In this document: piece by piece, positions 37,140 to 47,341 of the stretch
Layout of the letters: each line of letters starts with the position of its first letter
How positions within the stretch are numbered: the first letter of the stretch is position 1
IMG/VR virus record: IMGVR_UViG_3300046787_000316
Location: 1-64,000 of that record
Length of the DNA stretch: 64,000 bases
Direction: 5' to 3' (one strand)
DNA from: a virus
Program-made: the position numbers and the translations under genes
Notes under the pieces: model-generated
What the model was told of the DNA's origin: nothing
The model's input: the letters and a program-made list of their open reading frames with translations, nothing else
Databases searched by the model: none

Positions 37140-39662
37140 TTATTTTTGTTCCAATCTATCAACTTTTGCAGATAATTCTTTAACTGCTTCAATTAATAAT
37201 GGAATTAATTTTTCATATTGAACTGCTTTATATCCAGTATCTCTGTTTGTAACTAATTGTGGTAATATACTTTCAATCTCTTGTGCAATTACCCCCACAT
37301 CATTTCCTTTGTGAGAATGTATTTCTTCAAATCCTTCTTTCCAATCATACGTGTTACCACTAATTTGATTTACTTTTTCTAAAGCGTTTGGAATTGGGAT
37401 AATATTTTCTTTTAATCTGATATCCGATGAGTAAAATGCGGTAATATCACCTGTTGCTATAATTTCACCAGCTACACCGGTTGGCGATACATTAACACCA
37501 ATTGAATTGAATTGATAATTCCCAACTGAACCACTATGAATACCGCTACCTTTCAATTCGTATGAACCCGTAACTGCTTCCAATGAAGTCAATCTACCAT
37601 TTTGCGTAGTGTTTAACGTATCATTTGAACCCGTATAAGTATTTAACGATGATAGTATATCAATCACTTGTGATGAACCGGATACTACCCCTCCTATCAG
37701 ATTAGCTGTAATGTTGCCATTTGTAATAGTAAAATCAACAGTATTGGAATCAGTTGATGCCGATACTATATTTGTTCCACCTAATACTTGAATAGAACCA
37801 CTCAATACTCCTTCAACATTCAACTTAGTTTTAATAGTTGTATCAATTGATGAAGTAAATGAATTTAATTCAGAAAGGCTGATATCCACACTTGCGGATT
37901 TAGCTTCTAAATTATCCAAGCGGCTATCAGCCGATGTGGTGAATTGATTTATATAATGTAAACTACTACTAGCCGATGAAGTAAATTGATTTAACGAATC
38001 TATTGCCGCTGATAAATTACCAGGGTCTAATACACTAATTCTATAATCAAAACTTTCACTAACCGCATCGTATGAATTTGAAAAATCAGTAAATACTGAT
38101 GCTGAAAAGAAGTTAATAGAAGCGCTGAATAAATTTAGTGATGCGGTTGTTTGGTGTATTGATGTTAAATCACTTAATACACTTGCACTAAACGTATTTA
38201 AACTTGCCGTTGAACTTTGTACTTCTACAAATTTAGTATCAATTGAGCTTGTATAAGTTTGTAATACTAAATCTTTTGATTCTTGTGAACCACTAAATGT
38301 ATTTAATAATGAAACAGAGTTATCAATACTAGCCGAAGTTGTTTCTAAATTACCCAAACGACTAGCTGCGCTTGAAGTGAATGTATTTAAACTAGCAGTG
38401 GCTACTCCTACATTATCAAATTTAGTATCAACCGAACCAGTATAGGTTGCCAATGTTACTAATCTATTTTCAATTGATGCCGTTTCGTTATTAATATGTA
38501 CAATACTAACATCAACACTTGATGATTTGGTTTGTAAATTTGTTAATCTACTATCTACCGATGTTGAAAATGCCCTAAAATCGGTTGAACCTGATAATAC
38601 ACCATCTCCACCTGCTAATAATATTTTTGATTCTAAATCTTTCTTACCAGCTTTCCAATAATCAGTAGTTGAATCCCATAATAATGAACCCGATATAGTT
38701 GAACCACCCGTTGCATCTTTTGTATAAATTCCAGCTTCGGTAGCAGAACCACCAAAGTTTAATTCTAATATGTTTTCACCAATATTAACTTGAGTTGAGT
38801 TAATTTGAGTAGTTGTTCCATTCACTGTTAAGTTTCCTAATACAGTCACATCTACTCCACTTAAATCTATTGCAGTTTTAAGAGATGATGTATATGAATG
38901 AATTTCTGCCAAAGAAACATCAACTGATGCTGATTTAGATTCTAAATTAGATAGTCTACCTAATGCGCTTGAACTAAATGAATTTAAACTTGCAGTTGAA
39001 CTTTGTACTTCTACAAATTTAGTATCAATCGATGCAGTATAAGTTGCTAAAGTTAAATTTTTAGATTCTTCCGAAGCACTGAATACATTCAAACTTGCCG
39101 TTGAATATTGTGTTTGTAAGAATTTTGCATTAACAGAACTTGTATAAGTTGCTAAAGTTAAATTTTTAGATTCTTCCGAAGCGCTAAATGAATTTAAACT
39201 TGAAGTAGAATATTGTGTTTCTAAAAATTTAGATGAAACCGATGCCGAAAATTCTCTTACATCGCCTATACCTTCGATTGCTCCTGATATAAATGAAGCA
39301 GATACAGTTTCAACATATATACGTTTGTACCATTTATCCTCTGAACCTAAATCATAAGTTTTAGTTATGTTTGGAATGATATCAGAATCTAAGTCAGCAT
39401 TAATCGTAATCGAATCGGTAGTCTGGTCACCAATTGTGATATTACCACCAAGTACAACGTTACCACTAATATATGCGTTTGAAGCAGTCAAATCGCCACT
39501 CAATATCATTGAGCCGATATTTTCTTCATTTAACTTTGCTAAAGTTACAATATTAGTATCACTTCCTACTTGTAATGAGCCAGAGTTTTTATGTAAGTAT
39601 AATTCGCCATCCATTAATGATACCGAACCCGAACCTCTTCTTATTTGAAATATAGCTGCCAT
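37140..39662 (-). CDS. Tail fibre with coiled-coil repeats and C-terminal S74 chaperone
   Basis: IFQIRRGSG; repeated LNSFS...LATYT.S...KF; GDITAFYSSDIRLKENI...GVIAQEIE...VQYEKLIPLLIEAVKE. Confidence 0.88.
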   Translation of the reverse strand: MAAIFQIRRGSGSVSLMDGELYLHKNSGSLQVGSDTNIVTLAKLNEENIGSMILSGDLTASNAYISGNVVLGGNITIGDQTTDSITINADLDSDIIPNITKTYDLGSEDKWYKRIYVETVSASFISGAIEGIGDVREFSASVSSKFLETQYSTSSLNSFSASEESKNLTLATYTSSVNAKFLQTQYSTASLNVFSASEESKNLTLATYTASIDTKFVEVQSSTASLNSFSSSALGRLSNLESKSASVDVSLAEIHSYTSSLKTAIDLSGVDVTVLGNLTVNGTTTQINSTQVNIGENILELNFGGSATEAGIYTKDATGGSTISGSLLWDSTTDYWKAGKKDLESKILLAGGDGVLSGSTDFRAFSTSVDSRLTNLQTKSSSVDVSIVHINNETASIENRLVTLATYTGSVDTKFDNVGVATASLNTFTSSAASRLGNLETTSASIDNSVSLLNTFSGSQESKDLVLQTYTSSIDTKFVEVQSSTASLNTFSASVLSDLTSIHQTTASLNLFSASINFFSASVFTDFSNSYDAVSESFDYRISVLDPGNLSAAIDSLNQFTSSASSSLHYINQFTTSADSRLDNLEAKSASVDISLSELNSFTSSIDTTIKTKLNVEGVLSGSIQVLGGTNIVSASTDSNTVDFTITNGNITANLIGGVVSGSSQVIDILSSLNTYTGSNDTLNTTQNGRLTSLEAVTGSYELKGSGIHSGSVGNYQFNSIGVNVSPTGVAGEIIATGDITAFYSSDIRLKENIIPIPNALEKVNQISGNTYDWKEGFEEIHSHKGNDVGVIAQEIESILPQLVTNRDTGYKAVQYEKLIPLLIEAVKELSAKVDRLEQK

Positions 39663-39681
39663 TTAATTCTTTTATGTTTCT

Positions 39682-39690
39682 TATAAATAT
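39682..39690 (-). promoter_or_regulatory. Late promoter motif ATATTTATA
   Basis: Exact motif about 20 nt upstream of ATG 39662. Confidence 0.7.
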
Positions 39691-39691
39691 G

Positions 39692-40489
39692 TTATATATT
39701 AAAATCCAAATCACCTGATGGATTTATGTATTTTGCTAAATGATAATAGTTTGCCGTAATACTACCAGTTGTTACATTAAACGATGATGCGCTTATTGAA
39801 AGGTAAGTGTTGCCAGCTATTACTACATCCATTGAACCCGTTCTAGCCAAAACTTGAGTATTTTCGGTATCATCTGCTATGTACCCAATCTTACCAGCGC
39901 TTGGGTCTAAATTAAAATCAAATGTATTTGCAGTAGTTCCTCCACCAACTTCGGCACCATTTAATAAAAATGAACCCGTTATGGAAACTGAACCTGTAAA
40001 TGTATGGGTATCATCTAATGTGTTACCAAAATTAGAACTACCACTTTCGAATAATATCGATGATGATATTACGGAAATATTAAATTGTCTGGCATTTACT
40101 TCTCCAAAAACAGTCAAATTATCCGTTATAGTAGTTGAACCGGATACAATTAAACTTCCACTCAATATTGCAGAACTACCGGTTATATCTCCTAATATAT
40201 CGATACTACCATTTCCAACAATATCTCTTCCTACATATAAATCTCTTTGAATGTTTACATCTTGCGATACAATTACTTCACCGAATGAACCCGTTTGAGT
40301 TAGGGTAATTGAACCGGTGTTTATTACGTTGGTTGTTAATACTTCCTCAATTGACTCAATAGAACCCGAACGCTTAATGAATAATTTACCATCATAAGTG
40401 TTTACCGCAATTTCTCCCACATTGAGAGATGAGGTCGTAGGTACTTTACCAGGAAGCGCAGAACGCTTTAGTATAATATTTTGAGCCAT
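39692..40489 (-). CDS. Short fibre-like structural protein
   Basis: IILKRSALPGKVP....LNVGEIAVNTYDGKLF fibre N-terminal motif; shares ESGSSNFG..DDTHTFTGS with 34167..37079. Confidence 0.75.
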   Translation of the reverse strand: MAQNIILKRSALPGKVPTTSSLNVGEIAVNTYDGKLFIKRSGSIESIEEVLTTNVINTGSITLTQTGSFGEVIVSQDVNIQRDLYVGRDIVGNGSIDILGDITGSSAILSGSLIVSGSTTITDNLTVFGEVNARQFNISVISSSILFESGSSNFGNTLDDTHTFTGSVSITGSFLLNGAEVGGGTTANTFDFNLDPSAGKIGYIADDTENTQVLARTGSMDVVIAGNTYLSISASSFNVTTGSITANYYHLAKYINPSGDLDFNI

Positions 40490-40541
40490 ATATATGGAAT
40501 TCTTTAAAGTTATATAACAACAACGTAGTATATACTACCCC

Positions 40542-40550
40542 TATAAATAT
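40542..40550 (-). promoter_or_regulatory. Late promoter motif ATATTTATA
   Basis: Exact motif directly downstream of a terminator. Confidence 0.7.
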
Positions 40551-40555
40551 ATTAT

Positions 40556-40583
40556 AAAAACAAAAACCCTTCCGAAGAAGGGT
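40556..40583 (-). terminator. Intrinsic terminator
   Basis: ACCCTTC-ttcg-GAAGGGT stem plus a T-run on the minus strand. Confidence 0.85.
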
Positions 40584-40605
40584 CTTATAGTAATTTTATT
40601 TAATT

Positions 40606-41244
40606 TTAGAATTCACCACCATCCGAGCCGGCTTCTAATGCTGATAATCGATTTGCTACTGAACCACTAAATGCAAGTATATCTCCAATTCCGTAAAATG
40701 ACCCACTAAATCCATTTGTTGTGTCAAATTTACCTCTTACTTCTTCGTTATATCGGAATTCAATCCCACTATCTACACTAGCTATCTTGTAAAGAGAGCC
40801 ACTACCTTGTAAATATCCGATTGTTCCAGCGAATGGTTCTGAATTGAAATCGAAATCATCCGGTCTCATTGATGCGGTTACACCTGTTAGTCCTGCACCA
40901 CTACCAACGAAGATAGAAGCAGATACTGCTCCCGCTACATCGATATCACCATTTCCAATTATATCATTGGTTACATATAAATCGTTTCCAATGTTAGCAT
41001 CTTGTGATACGACTAATTCACCAAATGAACCGGTAGCTAGAATATTAATAGAACCGATTGTATCCGAACCAGCTACTACTATATCTACAATTGTATCAAC
41101 GGAGCCGGACTTATGTAAAAATGCCTTACCATCATAGGTATTCACACCAATTTCACCTACAAGTAATGTAGATTCGGTTGGTCTAGAGCCGGATATTTCC
41201 GACCTCCTATGTAGTATTATCGTTTTGTTGTTATTCGTAGCCAT
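40606..41244 (-). CDS. Short fibre-like structural protein
   Basis: LLVGEIGVNTYDGKAFL; paralog of 39692..40489; C-terminal DGGEF. Confidence 0.75.
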   Translation of the reverse strand: MATNNNKTIILHRRSEISGSRPTESTLLVGEIGVNTYDGKAFLHKSGSVDTIVDIVVAGSDTIGSINILATGSFGELVVSQDANIGNDLYVTNDIIGNGDIDVAGAVSASIFVGSGAGLTGVTASMRPDDFDFNSEPFAGTIGYLQGSGSLYKIASVDSGIEFRYNEEVRGKFDTTNGFSGSFYGIGDILAFSGSVANRLSALEAGSDGGEF

Positions 41245-41276
41245 TGTATTTAGATATTTAATTCATTTAATAATTT

Positions 41277-41303
41277 AAAAAATCCCCCATTTTTCAGGGG
41301 GAT
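41277..41303 (-). terminator. Intrinsic terminator
   Basis: ATCCCCC/GGGGGAT stem plus a T-run. Confidence 0.8.
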
Positions 41304-41311
41304 ATGATTAT

Positions 41312-43552
41312 TTAGAATGAACCACCATCTATTACATTACTCATTACGAAATCAGTTCCATCCCATTGTGCAATATCACCAACATTAGTAGGTGCTACTA
41401 CAAATTCAATGTTACCAACTGCGCTTCTAAATGCTAAACGTTTTGATGAACCTGCTCCCGGTATATTAATAGAACCCGTTACATTCGCTGCTACTGCTAC
41501 GCTTGAACTGAATTCATTTGTTGTACCATTATATTTAAAACTTGCAGTAGTACCTGCCACTTCAAATCCAGCACCATCTGCCGTTGCATTATTTGTAGAA
41601 CCACTTGCTAAAGTAATTAACTTATCTTCAACAACTAAGTTATTAGTATTTAATGTTACAGTGTTACCCTGAACTACTAAGTCACCACCTACGATTACAT
41701 CACCTGCCGTTGTTACTTTATTGAAGGTTACATCATTAGTTGTACCTAAACCTTGTATTGTACCAGTACCTTCCAATGTAGTTAATCTACTATCAGCGTT
41801 TGATGCCGATGCTATTAACGAACCACTCACTACACCGATTTCAGTAAACTTAGTTATAGCAGATGCTGTAAATGCGTTTAATGCGGTTGTAGAAGTATTT
41901 GATGAAGTGTATGCGTTTAATGCTGCTATTGATATACTTGCAGCTGATGCTGAACTTATCAATGAACCACTCACTACACCAATTTCGGTAAATTTAGTAT
42001 TAGCCGAAGATGTGAAAGAGTTTAAATTAGAAATACTTACATCTTGTGAATCATTTGTAATCTTTGCAGCAGATGCTGAAGCGATTAATGAACCACTAAC
42101 AACTCCAATTTCAGTAAACTTAGTATCAACTGAACCTGTATAAGTTGCTAATGTAGAATTTTTAGATTCTTGTGAAGATGTGAAGGAGTTTAAGTTTGTG
42201 ATAGAAACTCCAACGCCAGAACCAACGTTTGCAACAACTGCTGCGATTGAGGCTGAAATCGAACCACTAAAATCTGTATATCCAGTTGTATCTGAAATTA
42301 CGATTTGTGATGAACCACTAACTACACCATTCGTTGCTGCGATTGAACCTACAAATGTAGTCGCAGTTACCGAACCTGTTATGATTAAGTTACCACCAAC
42401 TGAAATTGTTGCGTTATCAGTTGATTGCTCAATAATCGAATCACTAATATGGTCATCGCTTGTAGCTAATGTAATTTTTCCTCTTGTCAATCCTGCTTCA
42501 TTACCCAATGAGCCACTATTTTCAGGCCCAGCAATTAATCTAGCAGAATTATATGTTTCACCTGAACCGGATGGGTGTTGGTACAACCAATGGTTGTTTA
42601 ACGAATCCCAAAATAATGAGCCAGATGCTCCTGCTCCCGAACCCGAATCTGCTACCGAAATACCACCAAATCTAACGGCAGGTGTTGCTGTATTTAATAC
42701 AATTGTATTTTGCCCAATATCTAAAGCCGATGCGGTTACATTGAATAACGATGATGAACCATAAACAATTAAGTCGTTTGTGATATACATCGAACCGGTA
42801 ATAACTTGATTACCTTGAAATGTATTTGAACCAGTAGTTGCGTATGTTAATCCAACTGCTTCTAAATCTGCGATAGCAGTTGCTGCAGCTGATGCCGATG
42901 AGATTAAGCTTCCACTAACAACACCAATTTCAGTCATTTTTGTATTAACCGAAGAACTGAATGTGTTTAAGTTTGCTATCGAAATATCTTGTGAATCATT
43001 TGTAGTTTTTGCAGCTGATGCTGAACTTATCAATGAACCACTAACAACTCCAATTTCTGTGAATTTTGTATCAACTGAACCAGTGTAAGTTGCTAATGTA
43101 GAATTCTTAGATTCCTGCGAAGATGTAAATGAATTTAATAATGTTACAGAGTTACCAATAGAACCACCGCCAATAGAAGCACTTAATGCGTTTATCGAAG
43201 TTGCTACCGATGAACTGAAATTACTAATGTTACCTTCCAAGTTAATGGCGTCATTTCCACCACTTCCAAGTAAGTATAAGGTTGCACTACCACTTGCGTA
43301 GTAAGGAACACCTTTAACCATTCCGTTATAAGTTCCTGCTGAAAATGTATTCGGTGCAGAATCTCCTATTAAAAATCGGTTAGTAGCTTGTACTTGACCA
43401 TTTTCAGGAACAGCAAATACTAAAGATGACCCATTGGTTACCGTTAGATTTGATGAACCAGATGCGATTACTATCTCACCTTTTTGTAAGGATGAGGTTA
43501 CCGCCGATAGGGATTCTAAACTACCCCTTCTGTGTTTAATTATTTGTGCCAT
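41312..43552 (-). CDS. Fibre-like protein with coiled-coil repeats
   Basis: IIKHRRGS; repeated LNSFTSSQESKNSTLATYTGSVDTKFTEIGVVSGSLI; C-terminal IDGGSF. Confidence 0.8.
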   Translation of the reverse strand: MAQIIKHRRGSLESLSAVTSSLQKGEIVIASGSSNLTVTNGSSLVFAVPENGQVQATNRFLIGDSAPNTFSAGTYNGMVKGVPYYASGSATLYLLGSGGNDAINLEGNISNFSSSVATSINALSASIGGGSIGNSVTLLNSFTSSQESKNSTLATYTGSVDTKFTEIGVVSGSLISSASAAKTTNDSQDISIANLNTFSSSVNTKMTEIGVVSGSLISSASAAATAIADLEAVGLTYATTGSNTFQGNQVITGSMYITNDLIVYGSSSLFNVTASALDIGQNTIVLNTATPAVRFGGISVADSGSGAGASGSLFWDSLNNHWLYQHPSGSGETYNSARLIAGPENSGSLGNEAGLTRGKITLATSDDHISDSIIEQSTDNATISVGGNLIITGSVTATTFVGSIAATNGVVSGSSQIVISDTTGYTDFSGSISASIAAVVANVGSGVGVSITNLNSFTSSQESKNSTLATYTGSVDTKFTEIGVVSGSLIASASAAKITNDSQDVSISNLNSFTSSANTKFTEIGVVSGSLISSASAASISIAALNAYTSSNTSTTALNAFTASAITKFTEIGVVSGSLIASASNADSRLTTLEGTGTIQGLGTTNDVTFNKVTTAGDVIVGGDLVVQGNTVTLNTNNLVVEDKLITLASGSTNNATADGAGFEVAGTTASFKYNGTTNEFSSSVAVAANVTGSINIPGAGSSKRLAFRSAVGNIEFVVAPTNVGDIAQWDGTDFVMSNVIDGGSF

Positions 43553-43635
43553 GTTTTGGATTTAGTTATTCTCTTTAGTTAATAAATATCAATTTTTGAA
43601 TCAATCGTATTATATATTACAATTATATTATTAGT

Positions 43636-43920
43636 TTACCACTCACCCTGGTCAATTATTTGAGAAGATGTAGTTTGTAATTCATAATCCGTTGCAAATG
43701 TGTCTCCCAATGAAGCAGTATATTCGTTGAAAGATGCCGTAGTTTGAAATCCAAATTCAATGATTTGGGTTGAACCCGAAACCAACCCGTCCGGCAATAG
43801 TCCAACCACTTCGGTTGTAATAATATTTACTACCGATTGTGAGAAATCTGAGCCGATATCAGCTGATGATTGTAGTGCCGAGCCACTTTCTATTTGTTTT
43901 AATCGTATTAGGTTTGCCAT
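43636..43920 (-). CDS. Small fibre-family structural protein
   Basis: MANLIRLKQI...IIDQGEW; late motif immediately upstream. Confidence 0.65.
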   Translation of the reverse strand: MANLIRLKQIESGSALQSSADIGSDFSQSVVNIITTEVVGLLPDGLVSGSTQIIEFGFQTTASFNEYTASLGDTFATDYELQTTSSQIIDQGEW

Positions 43921-43924
43921 TATG

Positions 43925-43933
43925 TATAAATAT
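43925..43933 (-). promoter_or_regulatory. Late promoter motif ATATTTATA
   Basis: Exact motif 5 nt upstream of ATG 43920. Confidence 0.6.
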
Positions 43934-43935
43934 CG

Positions 43936-46900
43936 TTAAAATAATCTTTCTATTGAAATAAAGTTATTGAGGTATGATGCACCTATCATTAGTGAAACAC
44001 GATAAACTCTATTATTTGTTTTATCTACTATTTGATATTGAGAACCATCACCTTCCGTTGGGAAATGCCAATTATATAAAGAATTTGATGCTGTTGTTGT
44101 ATATGTACCATTATTAGCAGTACCACCACCTGTCCCACCATTAACAGTATATTGACCACTAATATTAGCAGTATATGATGTTGATACCGCACCTAAACTT
44201 AATCCTCTATTACCAGATGTTGTGACTGTACATTTAATATTATCTAAACTTACAAAAGTTCCTGCATCTACGAATCCACTTGTTTTCCAGATTAACTCAC
44301 CATTAGCGTTACTTGGTGCTTTACTCAAATCAATATTTACACCTCTTGCAGTACCACCACTTTCTAAAATTCTAAATAAATTTCTATATACATCAACGAT
44401 TACACTACCTGTTAGTGATTGATTTGTTTCCGCTAAACCTAAACGAAGTTCACCACCCTCATCTCCACCATTTGTACCAATTGTTACTACATTATTAAAT
44501 GTGTTTGTTCCGGTAAATGTATTGTTTGTAGATGGCAAGTTTGTATTTGTTTTTAATTCTACTGCCGTTAAAACGGGACCAGAGGCCTCGCCAAAATCAA
44601 AAACACCGGATATTCCACTAACAGTTCTCATACTATATGAATAAGTTCCTGCTGGTGGGGTGTCTATTACATTTACACAATATGGAACATTTAGGTTTGA
44701 ACTATTTTCAACCTGAACAATACCACCAATTGCATTTTCATTTCTGTAAATTTGTAATCTAGTCCAAGATGTAACATTTACCGGGTTTGCATCTCCGGTC
44801 ACCATAATTTGAACGGGATTACCTGTCGTAGTAATACTTCCACTTATTATTGATACGCCGGTTGATGTAATGTTAGTTCTCCTATTTCCTAATACTTGCA
44901 CATAGTTTACACTTCCGGTTATGATTGATACTTCCAATGTATCCAATCTGCTATCTACCGAAGAACTTAATGTATTGAATGAACCAGTCTGAACATATCT
45001 ACCATCAAATGAACTTGTCAAAAATGAACCCGTAGTCATTGTAATCGGTTGGTTGTTACTACCACCTACCCACACATATCCACTTCGTAAATTTGGTAAA
45101 TCATGCACGCCCTCGGTTCTCACAATGCCCATACCATTGTTACCCTGTCTTGTCACAACACCCAATGATTGTATTGGAGTTGTTGAACCCGTTGGACGAG
45201 TTGCAGTCCATCCACCACCTACTCCTACATAAACTTCCGTTCCCGGTGGATATGAGGTCGTATCTACTCCTTGAATATGTCCTAATATAATAGCTTTACC
45301 AACTGCGTTTGCTGCCAATGTGGAATCACCTGCAATAAGTGTTGCTGGCATTCTTAGCGGATTTCCAGCATCTGCAATATAAACATCTGCATTATCACCC
45401 GTTGAACCACTAACGAATAAAGGTGTTCCCAATAATATAGAAGAGGTTTCTTTATTTCTAATATTTTGATAAAGTGTTTTTACATATTGAAGTGTCAGAT
45501 TACCTACACCATCACTTTGCATAAATGAATATACACCATTATCAGAAGTTGGATAGTGCAATCCATCCACTTTTAATGTACTTGCTGTAAGTTCTCCTAT
45601 AATTTGCGCATTACCTACTACATTCAAAGAACCACTAACCATAACACTTCCTGTCAATTGAGTATTACCTGTCATTGTGTTGTTACCAATCATTATGGTA
45701 GAACCACTAACATTTAATGAACCCGTTGTGATTGTATTACCAATCATTACAGTATCACCGGTTCTAAATGCTGAACCAATATGAGTAAAACTTCCACTTA
45801 AATATTGGAATGAACCAGTTGTTGCAATAAACGATGCATCTCCAACTAATCTCATACCACCTGCTGAAACTAAAATGTTTCCGCCGATGTTTGTTAAAGT
45901 TGTGTTTGGGGCACCTAGTGTATCCGATGCTATGTTGATTGAACCAGATGATACGAATATTTCACTAAAAGGTCTTTCGAATGTTCCTAATGTTGCTCCT
46001 CTTGCTGTTTTTGGAACGATATTTCCACCTAATTCGGTTGCTCCACTTATGAATAGAGAACCTGTTATAGTTTCATCACCGGTGAATGTATTTGAACCCG
46101 TAGTTGCGTATGTTGTTGGAATAAATGCGGTTGTTTGTATTGTTGTATCTGGAAATACTAAACTACCACTTGCATCAAATTGTAAACTACTTGCCCCTAC
46201 TTCAATTGTGAATTCACCTGGAAGATTGTTTTCATTATCAATAGTTATTACATCGCCATTGGTGTATCCACTACCAGCGGTATTTATAGTAATTTGTTCA
46301 ATAGCAATATACCCACCACCTCCTGCTGCAACATCTACTGTCAAACCTGTACCCGTTCCACCTGTTGTAGATAGATTAGAATAGAAACCTTGATTCCACC
46401 CACCTTGTCCGTTCCAATCAGATACACCATTTGGAATGCCAGATGAAATATTTATCGTTAAAGGACCATTTATTGTTTGACTTCCGTTGAATGTGTTTGA
46501 GCCGGTTGTTGCTAATGAACCCGTATCTATTGTCTGCGATGAACTTATAAATCCAAATGCAGTTATTTGTTCCGAACCACTTATAATTCCATCGGGTATA
46601 GTTGGAATAGAGTTGATTATATTGATTAGATTATCAGTTATAGTATTTCCGGTACCATTGTTTACCATTTCGGTATCCCCAATTACACTACCCAAATATG
46701 AATCAGTAACAATTTGGTTTCCACTATTACTTGAGCCAATATAAACTGCACCATCTGCATTAAGAACTATATCACTATTGGTTGCCTGCAATGTTATAGC
46801 TCCGTTTGTAATTGTTTGTTCTGTAAATGTGAAATCTGCAATATCTACTGATTGTGAAACTATACCATCTGGTTTGTTTGCAATATTATCCCAAGTTGTT

Positions 46901-47340
46901 TGAGTAATACTCCCACTTAAAACGTATCTTTCATCGTATGAAGATGTCAATTGTGATGAACCACTTATTAAACCATTAAAAGATTGCTCATTTGTTGCTG
47001 CTAAAATTTCACTATGAACTGATGCTGAAAAATCATTAAATGAAGATGTTTGCAATCTTGCATTTATTCCGTTTGTAAATACGGAATTTAATGTATTTTG
47101 AGAAGCAGTAAATGAATTTAAAGAACTATCATTTGGAATCGATAATGAAGAACTAAATTGCTCCAATGAATTCAATCTATCCCTATCTATTATATTTACT
47201 CTAGCGGTTACCGCATCGGCTAATGTATCCAACTCAATTTTATAAGTTGTCCCATTATCTATACCAACTATCGTAGTATCAAGTGATGCGGATGTTAATG
47301 CCGTTAATTCGGATATACGTTTTCCTCTATTTGTTGCCAT
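43936..47340 (-). CDS. Long tail fibre-like protein (1134 aa)
   Basis: KRISELTALTS N-terminus; repeated ATTGSNTF.G.QTI.GSL motifs; modular Ser/Thr/Gly-rich beta segments. Confidence 0.78.
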   Translation of the reverse strand: MATNRGKRISELTALTSASLDTTIVGIDNGTTYKIELDTLADAVTARVNIIDRDRLNSLEQFSSSLSIPNDSSLNSFTASQNTLNSVFTNGINARLQTSSFNDFSASVHSEILAATNEQSFNGLISGSSQLTSSYDERYVLSGSITQTTWDNIANKPDGIVSQSVDIADFTFTEQTITNGAITLQATNSDIVLNADGAVYIGSSNSGNQIVTDSYLGSVIGDTEMVNNGTGNTITDNLINIINSIPTIPDGIISGSEQITAFGFISSSQTIDTGSLATTGSNTFNGSQTINGPLTINISSGIPNGVSDWNGQGGWNQGFYSNLSTTGGTGTGLTVDVAAGGGGYIAIEQITINTAGSGYTNGDVITIDNENNLPGEFTIEVGASSLQFDASGSLVFPDTTIQTTAFIPTTYATTGSNTFTGDETITGSLFISGATELGGNIVPKTARGATLGTFERPFSEIFVSSGSINIASDTLGAPNTTLTNIGGNILVSAGGMRLVGDASFIATTGSFQYLSGSFTHIGSAFRTGDTVMIGNTITTGSLNVSGSTIMIGNNTMTGNTQLTGSVMVSGSLNVVGNAQIIGELTASTLKVDGLHYPTSDNGVYSFMQSDGVGNLTLQYVKTLYQNIRNKETSSILLGTPLFVSGSTGDNADVYIADAGNPLRMPATLIAGDSTLAANAVGKAIILGHIQGVDTTSYPPGTEVYVGVGGGWTATRPTGSTTPIQSLGVVTRQGNNGMGIVRTEGVHDLPNLRSGYVWVGGSNNQPITMTTGSFLTSSFDGRYVQTGSFNTLSSSVDSRLDTLEVSIITGSVNYVQVLGNRRTNITSTGVSIISGSITTTGNPVQIMVTGDANPVNVTSWTRLQIYRNENAIGGIVQVENSSNLNVPYCVNVIDTPPAGTYSYSMRTVSGISGVFDFGEASGPVLTAVELKTNTNLPSTNNTFTGTNTFNNVVTIGTNGGDEGGELRLGLAETNQSLTGSVIVDVYRNLFRILESGGTARGVNIDLSKAPSNANGELIWKTSGFVDAGTFVSLDNIKCTVTTSGNRGLSLGAVSTSYTANISGQYTVNGGTGGGTANNGTYTTTASNSLYNWHFPTEGDGSQYQIVDKTNNRVYRVSLMIGASYLNNFISIERLF

Positions 47341-47341
47341 T

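Noticed and set aside
34167-47340. Diversity-generating retroelement targeting the fibres (Mtd-like N-termini)
   Set aside because: No reverse transcriptase gene and no template/variable repeat pair differing at adenines was seen.
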